Assembly (NCBI GenBank): GCA_943329595.2
Contig: CALQEM020000001.1
Coordinates: 1 to 45,844, forward strand
Direction of reading: 5' to 3'
DNA from: Bifidobacterium breve
Lineage (GTDB): Bacteria > Actinomycetota > Actinomycetes > S36-B12 > CAIYMF01
Length of the DNA stretch: 45,844 nt
The notes under the pieces were generated by a model. That model was given only the letters and a program-made list of their open reading frames with translations, was not told where the DNA came from and ran no database searches. Position numbers and translations under genes: made by a program. Positions 33,538 to 41,656 of this stretch are shown here, piece by piece; the stretch's first letter is position 1; each line of letters begins with the position of its first letter.

Positions 33538-34611
33538 ATGAACACCCGATTCAAGACAGTGCTCACCATCGCCGGAGTCGCCACCACTGGCGCCCTGATT
33601 CTCGGCGGTACTGCCGCGAACGCCGCCAACACCACCCCGACGCCTTCCACGAGCGCCACGGAGTGCACCGGGCCGGCGTCGTCACTGACCGGCGACCAGT
33701 GCAGCACCTTCCTCAACGACATCGCCTCGGTACGCGCCCAGCGTGACGCCGTGTTCGTTAAGTACGGGCTCACAGCACCCACCGGGGGCGACCACGAGGG
33801 ACGCGAGCAGGTCGAAACCCTCAGCGCCGACCAGAAGGCCGCCTTCAAGGCCGACATGGAGCCGGTGCGCACCGCACGCGACGCTGTGTTCGCGAAGTAC
33901 GGCATCACCGCCCCCGAGCACGGACCCCGTGACGGCCGGGGCGGACCCGGCGGCCAGGGCGACCCCGCGGCCAACCTCACCGATGCCCAGCGATCCGCAC
34001 TTCGCACCGACATGACTGCGATCGACGCCCAGCGCGACGCCGTGTTCGCCAAGTACGGCATCACCGCTCCCACCGAGGGTGACCGTGGCGACGGTCGCGA
34101 GGGCGTCCGCGAGCAGGTCGAGGCCCTCAGCGCCGACCAGCAGGCCGCGTTCAAGGCTGACATGGAGCCCGTGCGCGAAGCACGCGATGCCGCCTTCGCC
34201 GAGTACGGGATCACAGCACCCGAGCACGGACCCCGTGACGGCCAGGGCGGACCTGGTGGACCCGGCCACGAGGGCGACCCCGCGGCCGACCTCACCGATG
34301 CCCAGCGATCCGCGCTTCGCACCGACATGACTGCCGTCGAGGCCCAGCGCGACGCCGTGTTCGCCAAGTACGGCATCACCGCTTCCACCGAGGGTGACCG
34401 TGGCGACGGTGGCCAGGGCGTGCGCGACCAGGTCGAGGCTCTCAGCGCCGACCAGCAGGCCGCGTTCAAGGCAGACATCGAGCCCGTGCGCGAAGCACGC
34501 GACGCGGCCTTCGCCGAGTACGGCATCACCGCACCCGAGCACGGCCCCCGTGGCGGCCAGGGTGGCGGCCAGGGTGGACCCGTTCACCAGGACGCCACCC
34601 CCGCGTCCTAA
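33538..34611 (+). CDS. Secreted repeat protein with six L[TS]xxQ modules (Spy/CpxP/ZraP-like candidate)
   Basis: Signal peptide MNTRFKTVLTIAGVATTGALILGGTAANA. Six 32-aa modules L[TS]xxQxxx[FL]xxD[MI]xx[VI]xxxRDAxFxxYG[IL]TA[PS], joined by Gly/Pro/Asp/Glu/His/Arg-rich linkers. Confidence 0.7.
   Translation: MNTRFKTVLTIAGVATTGALILGGTAANAANTTPTPSTSATECTGPASSLTGDQCSTFLNDIASVRAQRDAVFVKYGLTAPTGGDHEGREQVETLSADQKAAFKADMEPVRTARDAVFAKYGITAPEHGPRDGRGGPGGQGDPAANLTDAQRSALRTDMTAIDAQRDAVFAKYGITAPTEGDRGDGREGVREQVEALSADQQAAFKADMEPVREARDAAFAEYGITAPEHGPRDGQGGPGGPGHEGDPAADLTDAQRSALRTDMTAVEAQRDAVFAKYGITASTEGDRGDGGQGVRDQVEALSADQQAAFKADIEPVREARDAAFAEYGITAPEHGPRGGQGGGQGGPVHQDATPAS
33961..34590 (+). repeat. Two tandem 315-bp (105-codon) units inside the repeat-protein gene, with a third more diverged unit at about 33685-33960
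   Basis: Both units begin gaccccgcggcc[a/g]acctcaccgatgcccagcgatccgc, at 33961 and 34276. They look roughly 90% identical by eye. Confidence 0.9.
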
Positions 34612-34619
34612 CCCCTCAC

Positions 34620-34657
34620 GGCAATGCCCCCGGCCTGATCAGGCCGGGGGCATTGCC
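34620..34657 (+). terminator. Perfect 16-bp GC-rich stem hairpin 9 nt after the repeat-protein stop
   Basis: ggcaatgcccccggcc-tgatca-ggccgggggcattgcc. There is no clean U-tract (followed by gcgtgttgag). Confidence 0.7.
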
Positions 34658-34752
34658 GCGTGTTGAGCAACTAGGTCAGCGCACTGCCAGCCAGGACGCC
34701 CACGGTGCACCCCCGCCAGCGCGACTGTGTCCGTCGAGTGTGGGCAGAGTTT

Positions 34753-34784
34753 CAGAAATTCAGAAAATCAGACAATCAGAAAAT
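34753..34784. repeat. Four tandem 8-mers CAGAAATT-CAGAAAAT-CAGACAAT-CAGAAAAT in an AT-rich island
   Basis: Read directly from the sequence. It lies within a 233-bp non-coding gap between convergent genes. Confidence 0.85.
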
Positions 34785-34890
34785 CCGCCACGCTCGAACC
34801 AGAAGGTTGCCTCCACCGCACGCACTACCCAGAATCCGTACACGGGGCGTCGCCGCAAGGAGACAACCCCCGTATCGAACCACGCGAGGT

Positions 34891-35334
34891 TCAGTCGCCG
34901 AACAGGCGCTCATGCTCCATGTACATGCATCGGTCCATGACCACCGATAGCCCCGCGGCCTCGGCTCGCCGTGCGATGCCCTCGTCACTCAGGCCCAGTT
35001 GGAGCCACAGTGTTGTCGCACCCACTTCGATCGCCTCATCGAGCACCTCGGGCAGGTCGGACACCTTACGAAAGACGTCAACGATGTCGGGCGGCTCGGG
35101 CAGCGACCGCAGGTCGGGGAAGGTGCGGTGCCCCATGATCGAGTCGACTCGGGGGTTCACTAACCACACCGTGTAGTCGGTGCTGGTCAGCAGGTAACTC
35201 GCCACGGAGAAACTCGCACGGTCGGGATTGTCGGAGGCGCCCACAACAGCCACGGTGCGCGCCCGGCCCAGAATCGCAAGCAATGCGGAGTCAGTGGGCG
35301 CGAGCCACGGGGACTGCTCGGAGTCAGGTGACAC
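34891..35334 (-). CDS. CoA-binding domain protein (YccU-like)
   Basis: RTVAVVGASDNPDRASFSVASYL...VWLVNP...PDIVDVFR...LWLQLG. GTG 35334 is preceded by AAGGAG at 5 nt. The track start 35385 would overlap the PAS gene. Confidence 0.8.
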   Translation of the reverse strand: MSPDSEQSPWLAPTDSALLAILGRARTVAVVGASDNPDRASFSVASYLLTSTDYTVWLVNPRVDSIMGHRTFPDLRSLPEPPDIVDVFRKVSDLPEVLDEAIEVGATTLWLQLGLSDEGIARRAEAAGLSVVMDRCMYMEHERLFGD

Positions 35335-35348
35335 GTCAGCTCCTTCGC

Positions 35349-35732
35349 TCAGCCCCGCGGCGTGATGTCGAGCGAAATGCCGCACATGCCGACGAGCTCG
35401 CCGGATGCGTTGCGCATGGGGCTTTTGGTGGTGAGGTACACGCGCTGCTCACCGGTCTCCTTGACGATGTCGTGCTCCTCGCGCCGCACTGTCACGCCGT
35501 CAGCGATGACCTTCAAATCGTTGACCCGCAGCTCGTTCGACTGCTCCAGGTCAAAGAACTGGCTGTCGTCATGTCCGCGGATCCCGTCGAGCGAGGCCCC
35601 GAAGAGGCTCTGCACCGCCCTGTTCGCGTAAACGTAGTTTCCGTCGAGATCCTTGCTATACACGAACGCGTCGAGCGAGTCCAGGATCGCCAGCGCGTCT
35701 GCGGCTGACGAGTCCGTCGGGTCAATGCTCAT
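35349..35732 (-). CDS. Stand-alone PAS-domain protein
   Basis: ILDSLDAFVYSKDLDGNYVYANRAVQSLFG...TTKSPMRNASGELVGMCGISLDIT. ATG 35732 is preceded by GAGGA. Confidence 0.75.
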   Translation of the reverse strand: MSIDPTDSSAADALAILDSLDAFVYSKDLDGNYVYANRAVQSLFGASLDGIRGHDDSQFFDLEQSNELRVNDLKVIADGVTVRREEHDIVKETGEQRVYLTTKSPMRNASGELVGMCGISLDITPRG

Positions 35733-35826
35733 GGTGTTCCTCACGTAGGGCGTGCGTGGGCAATCAAACAACACCGTACGCCCACCCACCATCGATCCGC
35801 GGGCCAACACCATAGACTCGCGCACC

Positions 35827-36906
35827 ATGAGTGCCAGTGCTGAGGTCGAGATCGTCATTCCCGCCGACCATCGAGTGCTCATCGTCGGCGGCGCAGGCTT
35901 TATCGGCCACCACCTCGCCCTAGCGCTTCACGAGCGCGGTGCTACGGCGCTCGTAATAGATGACCTCAGCGTTAACCACCTCAATGCGCACCAGGAGATG
36001 TCACGCCCCGGGGTGAATCGTCCCCTCTACACCGCAATCGCCCAGGCTCGCCTCGATCTGCTCGCCGACGAGGGCATCGAGGTGCGTCACCAGAGCGGCC
36101 GCGACGTGAACCAGCTGTCCGAGACACTGTCCGAGTTCGCGCCACACACCGTCGTGCAACTCGCGGCGATCTCCCATGCGAGCCGGTCGAACGCCGACCC
36201 CCACCGGGCGTACCAGAACGGTATGGAGACACTCGAGGCAACCCTCGAGGCGATTCGCCGCCATCCGGGAAGCCATCTCGTCTACACGTCGTCGAGCATG
36301 GTCTACGGAAACTTCGCCACTCCCGTGGTCGATGAGGAGGCGCCCTGTGACCCCCTCGGCATCTACGGCGCCCTGAAGTTCGGCGGCGAGGTGCTGATCC
36401 GGGCCCATTCGCGCGTCTCTGGACTCGAGCACACGATCGTCCGACCCTCGGCCGCCTACGGCCCCCGCTGTATCGGGCGCCGATTCATCCAGACGTCGAT
36501 TGAGAATGCCATCGCAGGCATGCCGCTGCAGGTGACCGGTGATGGCCAGGAGCTCGTCGACTTCACCTACATCGACGACCTCGTGCAGGGCCTGCTGCGC
36601 GTCATCGCGGTGCCGGACGCGCGCGGCGAGATCATCAACATCACCACCGGCAAGGCGGCCTCACTCCTCGAAGCAGCCGAGATCGTGATGAGGCGCTTTG
36701 AGGGCAGCCGGCTCGAGCACCTGCCCCGCAGCGCGGCGGTACCCAAGCGGGGCACCCTCGACATCAGCAAGGCACAGGACCTGCTCGGCTACCAGCCACG
36801 ATTCACCATAGAGACGGGCGTCAATGCCACCGTCGACTGGTACACCGAGCTGAGCCGCCAACGCCCCGAGTTATTCGAGATCGGCGCGCCGATCGTCAAT
36901 GAGTGA
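35827..36906 (+). CDS. NAD-dependent epimerase/dehydratase (extended SDR)
   Basis: VLIVGGAGFIGHHL and YxxxK (YGALK). The stop TGA abuts the convergent Dabb stop (TGATCA, 36904-36909). Confidence 0.85.
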   Translation: MSASAEVEIVIPADHRVLIVGGAGFIGHHLALALHERGATALVIDDLSVNHLNAHQEMSRPGVNRPLYTAIAQARLDLLADEGIEVRHQSGRDVNQLSETLSEFAPHTVVQLAAISHASRSNADPHRAYQNGMETLEATLEAIRRHPGSHLVYTSSSMVYGNFATPVVDEEAPCDPLGIYGALKFGGEVLIRAHSRVSGLEHTIVRPSAAYGPRCIGRRFIQTSIENAIAGMPLQVTGDGQELVDFTYIDDLVQGLLRVIAVPDARGEIINITTGKAASLLEAAEIVMRRFEGSRLEHLPRSAAVPKRGTLDISKAQDLLGYQPRFTIETGVNATVDWYTELSRQRPELFEIGAPIVNE

Positions 36907-37215
36907 TCAGCGTCCGGCCACGTTATTCACCTGCACGGCCCGCCTCTCGGCGACCATGCCCATGACGTAGTCCTTGACGAACACCTGGTGCAGCGGATGG
37001 TCGAGGTAGACGCTGACCAGTTCGGGAGCCTCCAGTTCGGCGACCACCCCGTAGGCGAAGTTGCCCTCGCGCAGGCCGAGGTCCGGGCCAAACCGGAACG
37101 ACAGCAGCATCGGCATCTGTGCACGAAGTGCGATCAGCGCGTCGGTGAACGACTCGACCTGCTGCTCGGTGACGCCCTCATTCCAGCGGAATATGGCGAT
37201 GTGAAGGACGGTCAT
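36907..37215 (-). CDS. Dabb (stress-responsive alpha/beta barrel) protein
   Basis: VLHIAIFRWNEGVTEQQVESFTDAL...FRFGPDL...YLDHPLHQVF. Confidence 0.85.
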   Translation of the reverse strand: MTVLHIAIFRWNEGVTEQQVESFTDALIALRAQMPMLLSFRFGPDLGLREGNFAYGVVAELEAPELVSVYLDHPLHQVFVKDYVMGMVAERRAVQVNNVAGR

Positions 37216-37251
37216 CTCAACTCCCTACTCAGGTCGGCCTGCGCCGATCGT

Positions 37252-38136
37252 CTAGTCGAACAGAATCCTGCGGGGCGCGTCCGAGATCATGAAGCGCACC
37301 TCGTTCTCGCTGAAGCCCTGCTCGAGCATTCCGACCACGAAGAGCCGTAGGGCCTCGACAGGCACGGGGTTCATTTTCTGGCCGCCGTCGGTAGCGAGAT
37401 AGCAGCTCTCCACGCCCACTGCGCGGATGGTCTCGGCGATGTACTGCATCGTCTGCGGCGGATTGATCACCGGCGTCACGAACGCGTAGTGCATTTCGTT
37501 CATCGCTCCGAGGCTCGCGAGCTCCTTCATCTGCTCGACCTCAGCACCCACGAAGAGGGCGTGCGGGTGGGTGACCACCAGCCGCGTGATGCCCAGCTCG
37601 CGGGCCCGGGTGAACGCGGCGATGGCGTCGGACGGCGTGACGTGGCCCGAGCACAGCACCATGTCGTGCTCCTTGACCAGTCGCAGCACGTCGTCGACCT
37701 CAGGCAGCAGCGCGCCGTCGGCAGAGGTGAGCACGATGCCCACGCTGTCGACCGGCGACTTCTCACGAAGGATCGGCACGTTCTCGGCGTGGGCCAGGAA
37801 GTGGGTGGCGCACAGCGTGGGGAACCACACCACACGGCCGCCCTGTCGTGCAGACTCGAGCACCGCGTACGGGTTGAGCCCGCCCACCGAGTAGTTCAGC
37901 GTGACCCCACCGAACACCTGCATCCCGGTGTGCGTCGCCGCGAGCTCTGCGCGCGCAGCCGTGTCGGTCGAATGGCTCTTGAGGACAATCGCTTCCATTC
38001 CGGCCTCGTGGGCCTGCCGGGCCGCCTCAATGGCGTCGACCGACCGCGGGAAGATGTCGGGCGCCGAGTGGATGTGCATATCGATCGCGCCGCGCAGCAG
38101 GCTGCGCGAGAGGTCGTCGTGCGCCGACACGCTCAA
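37252..38136 (-). CDS. Amidohydrolase-superfamily-like metal-dependent hydrolase (HxH motif)
   Basis: GAIDMHIHSAPDIFPRS...VLKSH...VVTHPH. Start is TTG 38136 (TTGA overlap with the cyclase stop) or GTG 38130. Confidence 0.55.
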   Translation of the reverse strand: MSVSAHDDLSRSLLRGAIDMHIHSAPDIFPRSVDAIEAARQAHEAGMEAIVLKSHSTDTAARAELAATHTGMQVFGGVTLNYSVGGLNPYAVLESARQGGRVVWFPTLCATHFLAHAENVPILREKSPVDSVGIVLTSADGALLPEVDDVLRLVKEHDMVLCSGHVTPSDAIAAFTRARELGITRLVVTHPHALFVGAEVEQMKELASLGAMNEMHYAFVTPVINPPQTMQYIAETIRAVGVESCYLATDGGQKMNPVPVEALRLFVVGMLEQGFSENEVRFMISDAPRRILFD

Positions 38137-39110
38137 CGAATGGCCTGCGGGTTCACCGGCGAGCCGACTGAGCCTGTGATCGTGAGCGGGGGCGCAACGA
38201 GGAGGAAGTCATAGGTGCCCTCGGTCGCGCAATCCTCGGCTAGGGCCTCCATGTCCCACATCTCGCCCAGGATGATGCCCGCGTTCACCAGCATGATGCA
38301 GTGCAGCGGCTGGAAGACGTCGGAGGTCTCGTTGGGCAGCACCTCGGTGCCCCACGTGTCGGTGGCCACCGCGGCCACATTGCGCGAGCAGAAGTAGTCG
38401 GCGCACGTGATGCCCATGCCAGGAGCCGGGCCCCCGGCGTAGTCGCCCCATGAGCCCTGCGCCCGACGGTCGGCCATCTGACCGGTGCGCAGCAGCACGA
38501 AGTCGCCCTCGCCCACCTCGACGCCCTGTCGCTCGGCGCAGCCCTCGAGGTCGTCAGCCGTGATGGCGTAGCTGGTGGGCAGCCAGGGCAGTCCCTTGTC
38601 TCGCGCGATGTCGAGCAGCACTCCACGACCCACGGCCTTGTCGCGCACGTTGGTCATGCTGTTGACCTGCGCCCCGCGGCTGGTGACCCTCTCGGGGCCA
38701 TGGCCGTTGTACATCTGGCCGTCGAAGAAGATGTGCGCGAGGGAGTCCCACTGGGTTGAGCTCTGCAGCACTAGGAACACGGCGTCGTCGGTGTAACGCA
38801 TGGCGGGAATGAAGTCCTGCACGCCCGGCTCGAAGTCACCGCCGTCCCAGATCATGAAGTGGTAGGGGTTCACTCGACCGTGCGCGCCGACCATCGGGCC
38901 ATTGACGTCGAGCGGAAGCGCGAGCGAGAACACCGTGCCGCGGCGGGCCAGAGTGGTGGCATGGGCACGCATCTCGTCGGTGACGAAGTTCAGCGAACCG
39001 AGTTGGTCGTCGGCACCCCAGCGTCCCCAGTTGCGGTACTTGAGTGCCATCTCGCGCACCATCTCGATGTCGGGCTCTCGTGTCATAGCCGTCTCCCTCT
39101 CCGTCGTCAT
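38133..39110 (-). CDS. Cyclase-family (kynurenine formamidase-like) metal hydrolase
   Basis: 325 aa with SSTQWDSLAHIFF and DTWGTE blocks typical of the putative-cyclase fold. Confidence 0.7.
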   Translation of the reverse strand: MTTERETAMTREPDIEMVREMALKYRNWGRWGADDQLGSLNFVTDEMRAHATTLARRGTVFSLALPLDVNGPMVGAHGRVNPYHFMIWDGGDFEPGVQDFIPAMRYTDDAVFLVLQSSTQWDSLAHIFFDGQMYNGHGPERVTSRGAQVNSMTNVRDKAVGRGVLLDIARDKGLPWLPTSYAITADDLEGCAERQGVEVGEGDFVLLRTGQMADRRAQGSWGDYAGGPAPGMGITCADYFCSRNVAAVATDTWGTEVLPNETSDVFQPLHCIMLVNAGIILGEMWDMEALAEDCATEGTYDFLLVAPPLTITGSVGSPVNPQAIR

Positions 39111-39126
39111 CTGTCGTCATCCGTTC

Positions 39127-39804
39127 TCATACGTCGGCGCCCCGATGCCGATCGGTCAGACCACGATAGGTCGCCGCGTTGCGCAGGAAGCCCTCGCGTT
39201 CCTCCGGAGTCGTCTCGCGCCGCACCTTTCCGGGCACTCCGGCCACGAGTGAGTTCGGAGGAATGTCGGACCCCTCGAGCACCACCGAGCCCGCCGCCAC
39301 CAGAGACCCTGCCCCGACCCGCGCACCGTTGAGCACCACGGCGCCCATTCCGATCAGGCACCCGTCACCGATGGTGCACCCATGCAGCACGACACGGTGG
39401 CCGACGGAGACGTCATCGCCAACCACCACCGGAAGGTCGGGATCGGCGTGCAGCACGCTGCCGTCCTGCACGTTGGAGCCCACACCGATCGTGATCGAGT
39501 CTTCGTCTCCGCGCAGCACCGAGGCGTACCAAACGCTGCTCTGCGCCCCCACCGTCACCGAGCCGACGCAGAGCGCGCCCGGAGCAACCCATGCCGACGG
39601 GTCGATGACGGGCACCTGGTCGCCCAGGGCGATCAGACGCCCGTCATCGGCCGGACTAGAAATCGGTGTCCTCCGAGCCCTTGAGCCCCAGCACCGCCCG
39701 TGCCTCGGCGGGGGTCGCGGGCACCCGGTCGAACATCGCCGCCAAGGCGACCGCCTTCTCGACGAGGTCGACGTTCGACTCGGCCATCGCAGTGCGGCGC
39801 ACAC
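39127..39804 (-). CDS. Gamma-carbonic-anhydrase-like LbH protein (PaaY/YrdA-like); true start probably near 39636-39663
   Basis: PVIDPSAWVAPGALCVGSVTVGAQSSVWYASVLRGD...HADP...IGDGCLIGMGAVVLNGARVG hexapeptide repeats. The only ATG/GTG/TTG in frame is GTG 39804, 149 nt inside the upstream gene. Confidence 0.8.
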   Translation of the reverse strand: MCAALRWPSRTSTSSRRRSPWRRCSTGCPRPPPRHGRCWGSRARRTPISSPADDGRLIALGDQVPVIDPSAWVAPGALCVGSVTVGAQSSVWYASVLRGDEDSITIGVGSNVQDGSVLHADPDLPVVVGDDVSVGHRVVLHGCTIGDGCLIGMGAVVLNGARVGAGSLVAAGSVVLEGSDIPPNSLVAGVPGKVRRETTPEEREGFLRNAATYRGLTDRHRGADV

Positions 39805-40585
39805 GCAGGTTGTCCTCGAGGCCGACGCGCACGTTGCCGCCCATCATCAGCCCGAGAGCGACGAGGTGGAACTCGCCGGGATAGCCCACGCCCGCGGCCG
39901 ACCACGTGAAGTTACCCGCGCCAAAGAGGCGCTCGGCGGTGCGCAGCATGTGGATCAACTGGTCGGGCTCGACCATGTTGGCACCGAGCACGCCCAGCAC
40001 GAACTGCAGGTTGAACGGAGTGGAGAGTACGCCCTCCTTGATCAGCTGACGGAGGTTGAACAGGTGTCCGACGTCGTAGATCTCGATCTCGGGCCTGGTG
40101 CCCGCCTCGTCCATCAGCCCCTTGAGGTAGGTAACGTCGGCGAAGGTGTTCTTGAAGATGTAGTCGCGCGTGCCCTCGAGGTAGTCGACCTCCCACTCCT
40201 GGAACGGCAGGTCACGCTGGAGAATCGGGTAGAGGCCAAAGTTGAAGCTGCCCGCATTCAGGGTCGCCATCTCGGGCCTGAACCGCGGCACGATCGAGCC
40301 GCGCTCGATGATGGTCATACCCCGCCCGCCACCGGTAGTGGGCTGCAGCACGGCGTCGGTCTGCTGCTTGAGCCGCGACAGCACGTCGGCGAAGAGGTCG
40401 AGGTCGGCAACCGGTCGGCCCGTGGCCTCCTCGCGCACGTGGATGTGCAGCACCGACGCACCGGCCTCGGCCGCGCGCAGCCCGTCTTCGACGATCTGGT
40501 CGGCGGTGATCGGAATGGCGGGGCTCTGTGCCGGTACCGTCATGCCGCCCGTGAGCGCGCAGGTGATGATGACCTTGTCATCCAT
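39656..40585 (-). CDS. BKACE-family (DUF849) beta-keto acid cleavage enzyme
   Basis: VIITCALTGGMTVP...ASVLHIHVRE...LQPTTGGG... is the characteristic BKACE N-terminal half. Confidence 0.85.
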   Translation of the reverse strand: MDDKVIITCALTGGMTVPAQSPAIPITADQIVEDGLRAAEAGASVLHIHVREEATGRPVADLDLFADVLSRLKQQTDAVLQPTTGGGRGMTIIERGSIVPRFRPEMATLNAGSFNFGLYPILQRDLPFQEWEVDYLEGTRDYIFKNTFADVTYLKGLMDEAGTRPEIEIYDVGHLFNLRQLIKEGVLSTPFNLQFVLGVLGANMVEPDQLIHMLRTAERLFGAGNFTWSAAGVGYPGEFHLVALGLMMGGNVRVGLEDNLRVRRTAMAESNVDLVEKAVALAAMFDRVPATPAEARAVLGLKGSEDTDF

Positions 40586-40639
40586 GGGACTACCTCTTTC
40601 CCTACTGGTGGGGGTTTCCTTGCTGATGGGGGGCTTGTC

Positions 40640-41656
40640 CTACTGAGCGAGAATCTGGTGCAGGACGTCGAGTGCGTCGGGCCCCGGCGAGCGCGCACCG
40701 GCCTCGCAGGCGTGCACGAGATCGACGATGCCCTGATTGAGGGGGGCTGGCAGCCCGAGGCGCGTGGCCTCGAGCACGACCCCGCCGTTGATCACGTCGA
40801 CCTCGGTGGCGGCTCCACGCTCGAGGTCCTGCAGCATCGAGGCCTTGGTAGGGCCGAGCCGGGCCATCAGCTCAGCCAGTGCTTCCTCGGCGCCAGGCAC
40901 GTCGGAGTCGTCGCGCACCACCAGTCGGTCGGCGTTCACGCCCGCCACGTTGTCGAGCGTCACGCCCAGGGTGCTGGCCACGCGGTGACCCTCAGTCCAG
41001 AGCGCGAAGGCGAGCTCGTGCCCGTGGGGCTCCCTCATCACATCGGCGTAGACCATGCCGCTCACGGCACCGAGTCCGGAGAACGTGCTGTTGAGCAGGA
41101 GCTTGGCCCACACCTGGCCGTACACATCGGTCGACATCTTGACATCACCCGCATGCTCGAGCACCCGCGCCAGCCGCTCGAGCCGGGCGGTGACCGTGCC
41201 GTCGGACTCGCCCACGAAGAACGGGGCAACGGTCGTCTGGCGCACGTGCCCAGGGCCGAGATTGGTGGCGCCCCACTCGACGATTCCGACCATGAAGCGC
41301 TCAGCGCCGACGACCTCGAGAACCCGCTGCTGCACGAGCCCGTTTCCGAACGAGACGTAGTGCTCGACGAGGCCGCGCTCGAGCAGCGGGCTGAGTGCCA
41401 CCTCGATGTAGGGGGCCTTCAAGAACACCAGGGCGAAGTCGAAGGGGCCGACGAGCGCGTCGGCGCTCGACACGGCGTTCAGCGCGACCAGCGACTCGGT
41501 GCCCAGCTCGTCGAACAGAAGCCCGGGATCGGTCATCAGTCGGGCGTGCTCGACATGCGCGTCGAGGACTGTGACGTCGCATCCGGCCCGGGTGAGGCGC
41601 GCAGCAGTAACGCCCCCGATCGCGCCAGCACCCACGATGAGAACCCTGTCGGTCAC
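40640..41656 (-). CDS. Ketopantoate-reductase-family (ApbA/PanE-like) NAD(P)H oxidoreductase
   Basis: VLIVGAGAIGGVTAARLTRAGCDVTVL Rossmann N-terminus and the KPR-like two-domain length. Start at GTG 41656. Confidence 0.7.
   Translation of the reverse strand: MTDRVLIVGAGAIGGVTAARLTRAGCDVTVLDAHVEHARLMTDPGLLFDELGTESLVALNAVSSADALVGPFDFALVFLKAPYIEVALSPLLERGLVEHYVSFGNGLVQQRVLEVVGAERFMVGIVEWGATNLGPGHVRQTTVAPFFVGESDGTVTARLERLARVLEHAGDVKMSTDVYGQVWAKLLLNSTFSGLGAVSGMVYADVMREPHGHELAFALWTEGHRVASTLGVTLDNVAGVNADRLVVRDDSDVPGAEEALAELMARLGPTKASMLQDLERGAATEVDVINGGVVLEATRLGLPAPLNQGIVDLVHACEAGARSPGPDALDVLHQILAQ

Noticed and set aside
33369-34587. Two long minus-strand ORFs (386 aa and 301 aa) with internal repeats opposite the L[TS]xxQ protein gene.
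   Set aside because: They mirror the 315-bp tandem repeat of the plus-strand gene. They have Ser/Ala/Arg/Gly-rich low-complexity composition and no signal or start context. The plus-strand frame has a signal peptide and conserved modules.
34785-34890. tRNA or tmRNA fragment suggested by tcgaacc / gtatcgaacc strings.
   Set aside because: On either strand, no T-arm stem flanks the GTTCGA-like loop. No acceptor or anticodon stems could be built.
36904-36909. Back-to-back convergent stop codons forming the palindrome TGATCA, with a similar CTAG shared by two convergent genes at 42700-42703 and a 16-nt convergent overlap at 27473-27488.
   Set aside because: These reflect compact genome organisation. 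They are a curiosity without evident function, although they imply the absence of a terminator between the convergent genes.
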